Origin: a bacterium
Lineage (GTDB): Bacteria > Hinthialibacterota > Hinthialibacteria > Hinthialibacterales > Hinthialibacteraceae
Assembly (NCBI GenBank): GCA_963662285.2
Contig: CAXXMV010000006.1
Span: 1,824,001 to 1,888,000, forward strand
DNA length: 64,000 nucleotides
Direction of reading: 5' to 3'
Part shown: positions 30,598 through 40,063 of the stretch, in pieces
Layout: each line of letters begins with the position of its first letter
Position numbering within the stretch: position 1 is the first letter of the stretch
Program-made: the position numbers and the translations under genes
Notes under the pieces: generated by a model
The model's database searches: none
Told to the model about the DNA's origin: nothing
Seen by the model: only the letters and a program-made list of their open reading frames with translations

Positions 30598-32646
30598 ATG
30601 ATTAAACGATCAATTATAAAAATAACCGTTTTTGTATCATTTTTTTGTATTTTTTTAACCGCATCATTGGCTGATGCTCCAGAACCAACGTTTGATCAAC
30701 CCAATAATATACGTACATATCTTACAAAAGCAGCAAGCAAAATTACGCATGATTCATTAAGCAATATAAAAACATTATCAGATTGGAAAGAAGTACGGGA
30801 CGAGCGTTATAATCAATTTATCGAAATGATGGGTTTAACCGATGTGCCTTTGCAGGGTGAACGTCCTCCGCTTAATGTTCAGATTGTTGGAACTATGCAA
30901 CAAAAGGGCTATAAAATAGTCAAACTTTATTATGAATCGCTGCCTGATTTGTACGTTCCCGCTGATTTATATATTCCCGATAATATTACCAAACCGGTAC
31001 CCGCCGTATTATACGTTTGCGGGCATTCACGCACTCAGAAAGTACATTATCAGGCTCATCCGAGAAAATGGGCGCAGTTAGGATTCGTTTGCCTTATTAT
31101 TGAAACCATTCAATGGCACGAAGTGTTGGGGGAACATTGGGGCTGTTATGCGCGAGGTTGGTTCAATTGGTACAGTAGAGGTTATAATCCCGGCGGCGTT
31201 GAATTGTGGAATGCCATCCGGGGTCTTGATCTTCTCTGCCAAAGAAAAGAAGTTGATGCCTCTCGTCTTGGAGTAACCGGCATATCCGGCGGCGGTTCGC
31301 AGAGTTTTTATATTGCAGCGGCTGATCCCCGAATTAAAGTAGCTGCGCCGGTATGCGGCGGATGCACCCTTGAAGCGCAAGTCGGTCAGCATGTTTTGGA
31401 TGGACATTGCGATTGTATGATGCCTATTAACACATACTTGATAGATTTCCATGATATCGGGGCCTTGGTAGCGCCACGGCCATTTATGATTGCTCAGGCC
31501 AATCGAGACGGCCTGAATCCGATTGAATCCACCAGACAAACCTATCAGTATATTAATAATATCTACGATCTATATGGAGCAGGTGAAAATTGCGTCTTTG
31601 TAGAGACTCCCGGCCCTCATTCATATCATGAAATTTCACGAACTCGTATTTTTTCATTTTTCATTAAGCATTTGATGGGTAAAGATGTTCCGCCTGAAGA
31701 GGTTGGTGATATTGATGAGTCAGACAGCGCCATGTTGTCGGTTGAAGAACTGAGTATATATAACGGCAAGCCGCCGGAAGATGACCGGACGACAACCATC
31801 CAGGATTCATTCCAAACAATGGCTCAACCTCCAGTGATCAAAAACATGGCGGAACTGTTAATCCATAAGAAGAAAGTCAAGCATTTTTTGAAAGAAAAAA
31901 CCTTCCGCGCCTTCCCGGCGGTTTCTGGAGAATTGGATATAAAAAAAGAGTATCGCGCTCATGAAGGCAGTGGAGGCAACGTTGTTTATAGTTTTACTCC
32001 CGAAGACGGTTATAGATTAAAAGTCGATTGCAAGTGGAGAGAGGAACAGACCGAAAAGAAACCAGTTCTACTGGTATTGCGCAATCCAGGTGAGGGTAGA
32101 TGGGATTCCGAAGGTTTTGCTTCCGGGACGCCGGATGGATGGAACCGGGCCTATTTTGAAGCGCGGGGTATCGGAGAAACCAGTTGGGGACAAGAATTGC
32201 AATGGCATATCCGCCGGGCGGCGGCATGGACTGGTCGCACCATTGCTTCGATGAGGGTCTATGATGTTATGAGATGCGTGGAAGCCTTGCGCTCGTTGCC
32301 TAATGTTGACGGAGAGAGAATATCTATCGCCGCACGTGGAGAAATGGCCGTAATCGCTTTATATGCGGCGCTGATGGATGGTGGGATTCACACAACTATC
32401 ATTCAGGATGCTCCTGCAACCCAAAACGCCGCCAGCCAGAAAGATGGAAGAGGTGAGGCGATTGAAATGCTGAATTGCCTGCGCATAACCGATTCGCCTC
32501 AAGTTGCAGGTATGCTATATCCCACAAAACTCGTAATTCTCGGTAAACCGCACGAAAACTATAACTGGTCTACCCAAGTTTATACAAAAATCAATCATAG
32601 CCAGGATGCATCCATAATTAACCAAATGCGGGATTGGAAGCCTTAG
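30598..32646 (+). CDS. Secreted double alpha/beta-hydrolase (acetyl xylan esterase-like)
   Basis: LYVCGH, GISGGG nucleophile elbow, HCDC, APRP motifs; second degenerate domain. Confidence 0.8.
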   Translation: MIKRSIIKITVFVSFFCIFLTASLADAPEPTFDQPNNIRTYLTKAASKITHDSLSNIKTLSDWKEVRDERYNQFIEMMGLTDVPLQGERPPLNVQIVGTMQQKGYKIVKLYYESLPDLYVPADLYIPDNITKPVPAVLYVCGHSRTQKVHYQAHPRKWAQLGFVCLIIETIQWHEVLGEHWGCYARGWFNWYSRGYNPGGVELWNAIRGLDLLCQRKEVDASRLGVTGISGGGSQSFYIAAADPRIKVAAPVCGGCTLEAQVGQHVLDGHCDCMMPINTYLIDFHDIGALVAPRPFMIAQANRDGLNPIESTRQTYQYINNIYDLYGAGENCVFVETPGPHSYHEISRTRIFSFFIKHLMGKDVPPEEVGDIDESDSAMLSVEELSIYNGKPPEDDRTTTIQDSFQTMAQPPVIKNMAELLIHKKKVKHFLKEKTFRAFPAVSGELDIKKEYRAHEGSGGNVVYSFTPEDGYRLKVDCKWREEQTEKKPVLLVLRNPGEGRWDSEGFASGTPDGWNRAYFEARGIGETSWGQELQWHIRRAAAWTGRTIASMRVYDVMRCVEALRSLPNVDGERISIAARGEMAVIALYAALMDGGIHTTIIQDAPATQNAASQKDGRGEAIEMLNCLRITDSPQVAGMLYPTKLVILGKPHENYNWSTQVYTKINHSQDASIINQMRDWKP

Positions 32647-32705
32647 AGGATTATTGCTGGCGTCCCATAAAACAGATTATTGGTTGTAAAGATTGCAATA
32701 TGTAT

Positions 32706-32747
32706 GGCAAAGGCAGCGTTCAAAATACACTGCCCTTGGCGCCCTGC
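32706..32747 (-). repeat. REP-like palindrome, same family as 61716
   Basis: Minus strand GCAGGGCGCCAAGGGCAGTGTATTTT shares GGGCGCCAAGGGCAGTG-W-ATTTT with 61716. Confidence 0.55.
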
Positions 32748-32771
32748 AATATATTATGAGTTTAGAAAAAG

Positions 32772-33941
32772 GTGTTAAGCATTCTTGTGTTACATTTAAA
32801 CAGATTTTCACTTTTAATTCGGACGCTTATTGTTATCAGTGTTGTAAGTATATCTTGTGTTGCTGCTCCAGAGTGGATTGATTTAGCCGATGATCTCGAA
32901 TCGTTTCAGACTGATTATAATCTTCCGGCTCTATCCGTTGCAGTGATTTTGGATGGAGAACTACATGCGGCTGGCGTTGTCGGGGTGCGGAAATACGGCG
33001 AGGATGTTAAAGCCGAAATTAACGATCCCTTCCATATAGGCTCATGCACCAAAGCAATGACCGGGTCGCTGGTTTGCCTACTGGTGCAACAGGGCAAACT
33101 TAAATGGGATACTACTCTGGTTGAGTATTTCCCCGAATTAAAAGACGCCATACATCCCGATTTTCGGGATGTGACCCTGGTTCATTTACTTTCGCATCAG
33201 GCGGGTATGTACGCTTTTACCCACGATAAAGGCCCCTTAACCGGAGAACAGATAGAGGAGATTTATTCAATTAAATCGCCGCGTCATCAACGAAGAAAAG
33301 GCGTCGAAATACTGCTTAAATATCCTCCTATACATAAACCGGGATCAAAATATCTCTATTCCAATATTGGATTTTCGTTGGTAGGAGCAATCACTGAAAA
33401 AGTCATGGATGAAGAATGGGAGCATTTAATCAAACGACTTTTGTTTGATCCATTGGGTATGATAACTGCGGGGCAAGGCGCTATGGGAACTCACGATAAC
33501 ATCGATGCTCCCTGGCAGCATAGAATTAAAGGCGACCAGATTATCCCCATTAATCCAGGACCGGATAGCGACAATCCTCCTGTATTGGGGCCGGGTGGGC
33601 GCGTTCATTGCTCAATTCTTGATTGGGCGAAATATATTCAGTGTTTTTTGAAATCATACCGTAATGAACCAGGCTTGATAGATGGAAAACACTTGCAGCA
33701 ATTACGTGAACTGCCTTTCGGCGGAACCTATGCGCTTGGTTGGAGTACATACCAGCGCGGCTGGGGTGGAGGAACAGTATTTTCACATGGCGGCAGCAAC
33801 ACTATGAATTATTCGGTCGCATGGGTTGCTCCTAAGAAGAATTTCGCCGTAGTAACAGCAACCAATATTTCAGGCGGTCAAGAGAAAGTTGGCTGCGACA
33901 AAGTTTGCGCTTATATGATCCATAAGTTTCTTAAGGATTAA
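32772..33941 (+). CDS. Serine hydrolase, beta-lactamase (class C-like) family
   Basis: FHIGSCTK (SxxK), YSN, HGGS motifs. Confidence 0.9.
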   Translation: MLSILVLHLNRFSLLIRTLIVISVVSISCVAAPEWIDLADDLESFQTDYNLPALSVAVILDGELHAAGVVGVRKYGEDVKAEINDPFHIGSCTKAMTGSLVCLLVQQGKLKWDTTLVEYFPELKDAIHPDFRDVTLVHLLSHQAGMYAFTHDKGPLTGEQIEEIYSIKSPRHQRRKGVEILLKYPPIHKPGSKYLYSNIGFSLVGAITEKVMDEEWEHLIKRLLFDPLGMITAGQGAMGTHDNIDAPWQHRIKGDQIIPINPGPDSDNPPVLGPGGRVHCSILDWAKYIQCFLKSYRNEPGLIDGKHLQQLRELPFGGTYALGWSTYQRGWGGGTVFSHGGSNTMNYSVAWVAPKKNFAVVTATNISGGQEKVGCDKVCAYMIHKFLKD

Positions 33942-34602
33942 TCAACTTGTTAAAAACGTCTGCCTGAAGTTTAACTAGTTGTTTTATTTCAGGCATACTG
34001 GATTTTACCAGCCTTGCCAAATCATCAGTATTATCCACATCGTACCAGGGCGGCAGCAGTTTGACTGATAATCCCAAATTTTCAGTGATATTTATGGTTG
34101 TTTGTGTTACATTTTCAGTTGACCAGGGAATATTATCAAAAATATCATGTGCTGGAGTGGATAGACCGACAAGGTAGTATCCCCCATCATTGGTTGAACC
34201 AATAACGCAATCGTTTTGCGCTAACCATGTTATAGCTTGAGATATATAATCAATGGGTAGATCAGGGCTGTCGCTGCCGACTGCTATGACCCGAGAGTAT
34301 CTCTTTAATTGATGATCCATGATATATCCAAGGCGTTCGCCAAGATCACCGGAGGGTTGTGGAAGGTATAATAGTTTGTCTCCCAACCAACATCGAAAGG
34401 CGTCTTCCTCTTCGGGAGGATCAAAATAAACCGTACAATCCAGTTGTTCAATTCGAGTGAATCGTCTCAGGCATATTTCAACAAAATGGCGATATAGGAG
34501 AGTGGCATTTTCTTCTCCTATTTGCGCAGCCAGGCGAGTTTTCACACGACCATTTTGAGGGTATTTTACCAATACAACGAGAGAGGCTCGATCATTTATC
34601 AT
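33931..34602 (-). CDS. TIGR04282/DUF2064 family glycosyltransferase-like protein
   Basis: KYPQNGRVKTRL, GDLGER, GSDSP, DGGYYLVG, DVD motifs. Confidence 0.88.
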   Translation of the reverse strand: MINDRASLVVLVKYPQNGRVKTRLAAQIGEENATLLYRHFVEICLRRFTRIEQLDCTVYFDPPEEEDAFRCWLGDKLLYLPQPSGDLGERLGYIMDHQLKRYSRVIAVGSDSPDLPIDYISQAITWLAQNDCVIGSTNDGGYYLVGLSTPAHDIFDNIPWSTENVTQTTINITENLGLSVKLLPPWYDVDNTDDLARLVKSSMPEIKQLVKLQADVFNKLINP

Positions 34603-34687
34603 GATATTTGAATTATTTAATTATCACTTTATTAATAAGTATAGTAAAACTCTAAAAGAGAAACCGGCTAAGAGCAACGTTTGTAAG

Positions 34688-35608
34688 ATGATTGCGTCTC
34701 CTTTTACGAAAATAATCGTAGGAGGCGTAATATTTACTTCGATCTTGTGTTGTCAGTGCGTTATGGCTCAGACCCGCGTCTTTCCGGAATCACCTGTGTT
34801 GACATATCCCTCAGCAGGCGCCGACCTTCAATTCCCTGCCCCCGGAACCAAGATTCCTTTTTCCTGGGAAGCAGTTGAAGGGGCTACGGGATATAGCGTA
34901 ACGGTATCTAAAAACCATTTTCCCGTTGCTATTGTAAGCACTGAAGGAACGAATATTGAAATTGATTTGAATTTGACTATCGATGATATTGGTAAACTAG
35001 TCTATTGGAGCGTTAACTCTATATCAGGAAACGTTATTTCTACCCAACCTTCGATTTCTTCTTTCAGTTTCAGCCTCGATGGAACTCCCATTCCAAATCT
35101 TGATCCATCTGCAAAGCCTGTTCCCTTACCTGCGCCATCTTTAATAATCCCGGAAAATGGTTCTAACATATCCGCCATTGAGCAACTTAACATAATATTC
35201 AGGTGGAGTGAAGTATCCGGGGCCTCGGCCTATCGCCTTATTGTTTATAAAGATAATCAACCTCTTATAGATAATGTGGTAAACTCGACGCAAAATATCG
35301 GGCATTTTCAACAACCTGTGTTTGATATCCTTCAGTGGGAAGTCAGATCAATAGATCTAAATGGGATATCCGGTCTAGCGGGAATGCGCAATTATTTCAC
35401 TATTGGAAAAGGCGTACTGCCCACCCCGACTCCATCTCCAATTGATGCTGATATCGATAACAATGGTAAATTGGATATTCGGGATATATATCAATTCGCA
35501 TCACGCTTTGCGACCAATGATCCTGAAGTGGATATGGATAATTCCGGTTTGAACGAGAAAAGCGATTTGCTGAGATTTATAGAAATGTTTGTTGCAGCGA
35601 AACAGTAA
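34688..35608 (+). CDS. Secreted protein with two Ig/FN3-like domains, a PT linker and a dockerin-like EF-hand pair
   Basis: FSWEAVEGATGY / FRWSEVSGASAY repeats; DIDNNGKLDIRD and DMDNSGLNEKSD loops; start approximate. Confidence 0.7.
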   Translation: MIASPFTKIIVGGVIFTSILCCQCVMAQTRVFPESPVLTYPSAGADLQFPAPGTKIPFSWEAVEGATGYSVTVSKNHFPVAIVSTEGTNIEIDLNLTIDDIGKLVYWSVNSISGNVISTQPSISSFSFSLDGTPIPNLDPSAKPVPLPAPSLIIPENGSNISAIEQLNIIFRWSEVSGASAYRLIVYKDNQPLIDNVVNSTQNIGHFQQPVFDILQWEVRSIDLNGISGLAGMRNYFTIGKGVLPTPTPSPIDADIDNNGKLDIRDIYQFASRFATNDPEVDMDNSGLNEKSDLLRFIEMFVAAKQ

Positions 35609-35654
35609 TGAGATGTGAAGGATAAGATATTAGATAAACTGTTTACCGAAAGGT

Positions 35655-36344
35655 TTACAGTTTATTTTTTTGCAGCCATAACCTAAAAATAGTCCACAAT
35701 ATCATGTATCCGGCTTTAACGCTTCCGCTTATGGTTCCAGAAATCTTGGATTTTCCGATTCTTTTTTTGTAAGGTACTGGAATTTCCATACAGCGCAGAT
35801 GAAGTATTGCCGCTTTGCCCTGCATTTCAACTGTCCAACCATAGGTGACATCCTGCATGTTAAGGCTTTGTAATGATGTTCTACGGATAGCCCTGAATGG
35901 TCCAAGGTCAGTAAAGCGTTCACCAAAGAGAATTCTAATCAACCAGCATGCCAGCCAGTTGCCTAACTGCGCATGAACCGGAAACGCTCCAGGTTCATGT
36001 TCGCCCAATGATCTTGAACCGATAACCAGATCAGCTTCATTATCGATGATTGGTTTTACTAATTCCGGCAGTACTGATGGATCATCGCTGAAGTCTGCGT
36101 CAAGAAAAACAATGATATCAGCTTCAAGCGCCTCATCAATTCCGCGTAAACAGGCCTGCCCATATCCACGCCGGGATTCATAAACGACATGAGCGCCTGC
36201 TTGTACAGCGCGTTCCTCCGTAGCGTCAGTTGAAGCGTTATCCACAACAATAACTCTATCAACGTAATCAGCTGGAATCTCACGGATTACTTTTTCGATA
36301 GAATCTTCCTCGTTATAAGCAGGAATGATAATGTAAATATTCAT
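35655..36344 (-). CDS. GT2 family glycosyltransferase
   Basis: IIPAYNEE, VDNAS, FLDAD, DLGPFRAIR, YGWTVEMQ motifs. Confidence 0.92.
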   Translation of the reverse strand: MNIYIIIPAYNEEDSIEKVIREIPADYVDRVIVVDNASTDATEERAVQAGAHVVYESRRGYGQACLRGIDEALEADIIVFLDADFSDDPSVLPELVKPIIDNEADLVIGSRSLGEHEPGAFPVHAQLGNWLACWLIRILFGERFTDLGPFRAIRRTSLQSLNMQDVTYGWTVEMQGKAAILHLRCMEIPVPYKKRIGKSKISGTISGSVKAGYMILWTIFRLWLQKNKL

Positions 36345-36359
36345 ATAAATACACAACAT

Positions 36360-36393
36360 AAAAGGGGTGGCTAAAAAGCCACCCCTTTTTTTT
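36360..36393. terminator. Intrinsic terminator (bidirectional shape)
   Basis: AAAAGGGGTGGCT-AAAA-AGCCACCCCTTTTTTTT. Confidence 0.85.
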
Positions 36394-36415
36394 CTAATTG
36401 CAGGCGATCAGTTAG

Positions 36416-38104
36416 TTAATTGCCTGTTTGATACAGTTCCATATCTCTAAAGATATCTAATACGCCCATGTTAATGAATGGCATGCCTTTGTCATTCATG
36501 TCGATTCGCGGATAAACGCCTTCCGGCAGATTAAGCAGATCGGCGCGATTAACAGTACCTTCAGTCGTCAGCAGGAAGTCAGCCGCACCGGAAGTATGAA
36601 GCGTACCGATTTTGGTGATTCCGACCAGACCAACGCCATTCAAGAATTCGACGTTCGGATCGATTTGAATCTCGAAGTCGACCAGCATCAGTTCACTGAA
36701 ACCAAAGGCCAGTTCAGGAAGAACGATGCCTATATCATTTACGCCAGCTGGTAGAGCTTTACGGAATCGACCGTATCCATCAGCGATGATCGCGCCCTCT
36801 CCAAACAGTTCCATATCAACATAGATCGGTTTATGCGGCGCATTAGTTGAGACGATAAGATCTACTGCACCGCCAACCGAATGGACAAAACCTCTAGAAT
36901 CGAGGATGTAACCAACGGGAACTTCAGACGTTGTTTCAGCAGATACAAGTTCAAGATCGACAGCAGGATTATTGCGCATATCGATATTGGCTTTTCTCTT
37001 AGGCGGTTCAAACAGATTCAGACCATTTTTATCAACTGACAAAATAGATCCATCGTTGAGCAGAGCAAAATAACCTTCTGCGTTATCAATGAATTCAACA
37101 TCGACTACTACGTCATTGCTTGGGAACAGTATTCCAATATCTGGTAGATAGCCATATTCAACAGTTCCATTGTCGTTAAACTTGGCTGAGTAGACTAAAC
37201 CATTACCCGTAGCCGCGAGTACGGCCTTAATCTTTCCATCCTCGGTGTAAACTTCCAGATCAACATATATATCTCGACCTGCGAAATAAGGATATAGAGG
37301 AATAAGTTCAATTGGAGAAATTACGCCATCACCATTTCTATCAGTCAGGGCCATAACGTCGCCAACTTCGTGCGTTCCGCCATATCCATCAATAATGACA
37401 ATACCCTGGTTGGGATTATCAAAATTATCCGGCGTTGGCGTCGCTGTTGGCTTTGCTGGTCCTGTTGTTGGAGTCGGCGTCGGAACCGGTACTTCAGACT
37501 CGGTTGGAGTCGGCGTTGGGACCGGTACTTCAGACTCGGTTGGAGTCGGAGGCACTGGAGTCGGCGTCGGAACAGGTACTTCAGACTCGGTCGGAGTCGG
37601 AGGCACTGGAGTCGGCGTCGGAACAGGTACTTCAGACTCGGTTGGAGTCGGAACAGGAACTTCAGACTCGGTTGGAGTCGGTACCGGAACTTCAGACTCG
37701 GTTGGAGTAGGAGTTGGAGGCACTGGCGTCGGAGTTGGAACCGGGACTTCAGACTCAGTTGGAGTCGGCACCGGAACTTCAGACTCGGTTGGAGTCGGAA
37801 CTGGCGCCTCTGACTCGGTTGGAGTCGGAGTTGGGGGAACTAGCGTCGGAGTAGCTACAGGAGTCTCCGTTGGCGTCTCTATGGGTGATTCCGAAGGGAT
37901 TTCGGTCGGGGTCGGCGGAACCGGTGTTGGTGTGGCTGGTTCCGGGGTCGGGGTTTCTATAGGCGTTTCTATAGGCGTCTCGTTAGGCGTCTCCACTAAT
38001 TGAGCGAATGCTCCAGCGGGGACAAAAAATAAAGCGCCTAATAAAATGCCTAGTCCTAATATAACCGTCGTCTTTCGACTGGTTGAAACGCAATGAATCT
38101 GCAT
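36416..38104 (-). CDS. Secreted protein with a long Pro/Thr/Glu stalk and a C-terminal beta-propeller-like domain
   Basis: GGAGG RBS before 38104; signal peptide AFA-Q; PTPTESEVPV repeats; IDGYG / ILDSRG / IADGYG blades. Confidence 0.8.
   Translation of the reverse strand: MQIHCVSTSRKTTVILGLGILLGALFFVPAGAFAQLVETPNETPIETPIETPTPEPATPTPVPPTPTEIPSESPIETPTETPVATPTLVPPTPTPTESEAPVPTPTESEVPVPTPTESEVPVPTPTPVPPTPTPTESEVPVPTPTESEVPVPTPTESEVPVPTPTPVPPTPTESEVPVPTPTPVPPTPTESEVPVPTPTPTESEVPVPTPTPTTGPAKPTATPTPDNFDNPNQGIVIIDGYGGTHEVGDVMALTDRNGDGVISPIELIPLYPYFAGRDIYVDLEVYTEDGKIKAVLAATGNGLVYSAKFNDNGTVEYGYLPDIGILFPSNDVVVDVEFIDNAEGYFALLNDGSILSVDKNGLNLFEPPKRKANIDMRNNPAVDLELVSAETTSEVPVGYILDSRGFVHSVGGAVDLIVSTNAPHKPIYVDMELFGEGAIIADGYGRFRKALPAGVNDIGIVLPELAFGFSELMLVDFEIQIDPNVEFLNGVGLVGITKIGTLHTSGAADFLLTTEGTVNRADLLNLPEGVYPRIDMNDKGMPFINMGVLDIFRDMELYQTGN
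37430..37995 (-). repeat. Intragenic tandem repeats encoding PTPTESEVPV(PTPV) units
   Basis: ACTTCAGACTC(G/A)GT(T/C)GGAGT recurs about 8 times with 30-60 bp spacing. Confidence 0.9.
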
Positions 38105-38707
38105 TAGGTTCCTCCAACGATGGTATTTGAATAATATAGGTTTATAACATGAAACGATCATCTTTGCAATACTCCATTTACCATAAAGTGTTTTTTTTCA
38201 ATATGTTTAATATTGGTTATCAAACAATATTATTAACGGTAATACATAAGTCAAGATGCATAAGTATCTATAAATCAAGGATATAAACGTTATCATGTTT
38301 AAAGTTTATAGGTTTTTCAATAATTATTATTTCACTAAAAGAATTAATTGAAATAATCTATAAAAAATAATGTCGCATGATAATTAAAACACTAGCAAAA
38401 TTGTCCAGATTTAAGCTTCTTTGACCGTTATTTCAAATATTATTGAAAATTAATATTTGAAATTCCTTATACAAACTGCTTAACATTTTATTTTTAACAA
38501 TTCTCCTTCTAGAAAAGTATAGTCAATTATTGGTATTATTGCAGAAGTTTATAGTAATATGAAGATAATATTCATAAATTGAACGTTTTTTTTAGTAGTA
38601 ATCTTTGCTTTGACAGAATAACATTATATTGATTAGGAATACTTTAGCAAAAAAAATACATTGATTTGTGAAACGCCTTAATTATATTCATAGGAGGAGA
38701 ATGAAGT

Positions 38708-40051
38708 ATGACTAAATCAAATAATGATGGAATAGATCGAAGAACTTTTATTAAAGGCTCAAGTAAAGGCGCGGCGGTTATAGCAGCCATGACCAGCGCT
38801 CCAGCTGTTCTCGCTGCCGGCTATAGTCCCAATGAAGTTATTCGTACTGGACATGTTGGAACCGGCGTTCGTGGAGGGCAATTGGTTACAAACGTGGCTG
38901 GTGAACCCGATAAAGGGCGTCCCGGCATCAAGAATACGCAAGTCCATGCTATCTGTGAAATTTATAAGGGACATTTGGAAAAGGGCTTGAAAAATAGCGC
39001 TAATAAGAATTGCAAAGCTTATCATAACTATGAAGACATGCTGGCTGACAAGGATATCGACGCTGTGGTCATTGCCACTCCAGACCACTGGCATTCGCGC
39101 ATACTAATTGATGCCGCTGGCGCGGGCAAAGATATCTATGTCGAAAAATGCTGGACGCGCACCATTCCCGAAGCCAAGGCCATGTTGAAAGCGATCAAGT
39201 TGAATAAAACTGTTATGCAGTTGGGGCATAATCGTTCCAGCGCCGCAGCTATGCAAGCAGCGGATTTGATTCTTCAAGGAATCCTGGGTGAAGTTGTCCT
39301 GGTTCAATCCGGCTGTTTTAGAAACCGTGAACGGGGTAAAGATGAATGGCGCTGGTATGGTTGGTACGACAAGTATGACCGGCCTGATGAAGAGATGACG
39401 CGCCATAATCTGGATTGGCCGCGCTTTCTGGGTGATGCGCCCTATCATCCATTTTCCATGGAACGATTTTGGCATTGGCGTTGTTATTGGGATTATGGAA
39501 CCGGCATCGCTGGAGACCTTCTCTCTCATTCTTTCGACTATATTCAATACATACTGAAAATGGGCATCCCTCACAGTGCAAACTGTTCAGGCGCTATGCA
39601 TTTATTAAATGACGGGCGTGAATGTCCAGATTTTTGGAATGTTGTTTTTGATTATCCCGACCGTGGAATGTCAATCATTGATACCACGACATTCAACAGC
39701 AACCAAGGTTCTAAGAATATTCCGGCTATCCGGGGCAAAGACGCCATGATGGCTTTTAATAACGGAGGTTTTGAAGTGTATGCCGAAGAACCTTCTTTGA
39801 AATATAAATCACAACTAAGTAATGGCGACATTTCATCGAATAAACCATTCAAGAAATTTGATCCCAAAGAGACTCCTTCGCAACCCAGTCACATGGAAGA
39901 TTTCTTCAACTGTATGCGTAATCGTCAGAAACCAAAAGATAATGAAGATGAAGCATTCATTGAAGCGGTTACCTGCATCATGTCGGTTATGTCATATTTC
40001 AAAAAACAGACGGTTTATTGGGATGCGGATCGTCAGGAAATATATACTTAG
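38708..40051 (+). CDS. Gfo/Idh/MocA oxidoreductase, Tat-exported
   Basis: DRRTFIK signal; IATPDHWH, DIYVEK motifs. Confidence 0.92.
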   Translation: MTKSNNDGIDRRTFIKGSSKGAAVIAAMTSAPAVLAAGYSPNEVIRTGHVGTGVRGGQLVTNVAGEPDKGRPGIKNTQVHAICEIYKGHLEKGLKNSANKNCKAYHNYEDMLADKDIDAVVIATPDHWHSRILIDAAGAGKDIYVEKCWTRTIPEAKAMLKAIKLNKTVMQLGHNRSSAAAMQAADLILQGILGEVVLVQSGCFRNRERGKDEWRWYGWYDKYDRPDEEMTRHNLDWPRFLGDAPYHPFSMERFWHWRCYWDYGTGIAGDLLSHSFDYIQYILKMGIPHSANCSGAMHLLNDGRECPDFWNVVFDYPDRGMSIIDTTTFNSNQGSKNIPAIRGKDAMMAFNNGGFEVYAEEPSLKYKSQLSNGDISSNKPFKKFDPKETPSQPSHMEDFFNCMRNRQKPKDNEDEAFIEAVTCIMSVMSYFKKQTVYWDADRQEIYT

Positions 40052-40063
40052 TAGGTAAACAAT

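Noticed and set aside
36416-36450. C-terminus FRDMELYQTGN as a third WxLY tail
   Set aside because: Lacks Trp, is not terminal, and matches the internal blade repeat (YVDMELF, YVDLEVY)
37430-37995. Possible CRISPR array
   Set aside because: Repeats are in-frame coding units with no unique spacers and no cas genes
37370-38003. Long + strand ORFs (Gly/Val-rich, Arg/Trp-rich, LESE repeats)
   Set aside because: Antisense shadows of the Pro/Thr repeat gene
38165-38700. Very AT-rich 540-bp gap as a possible origin or ncRNA
   Set aside because: No DnaA-box cluster or stable structure seen; consistent with a divergent promoter region
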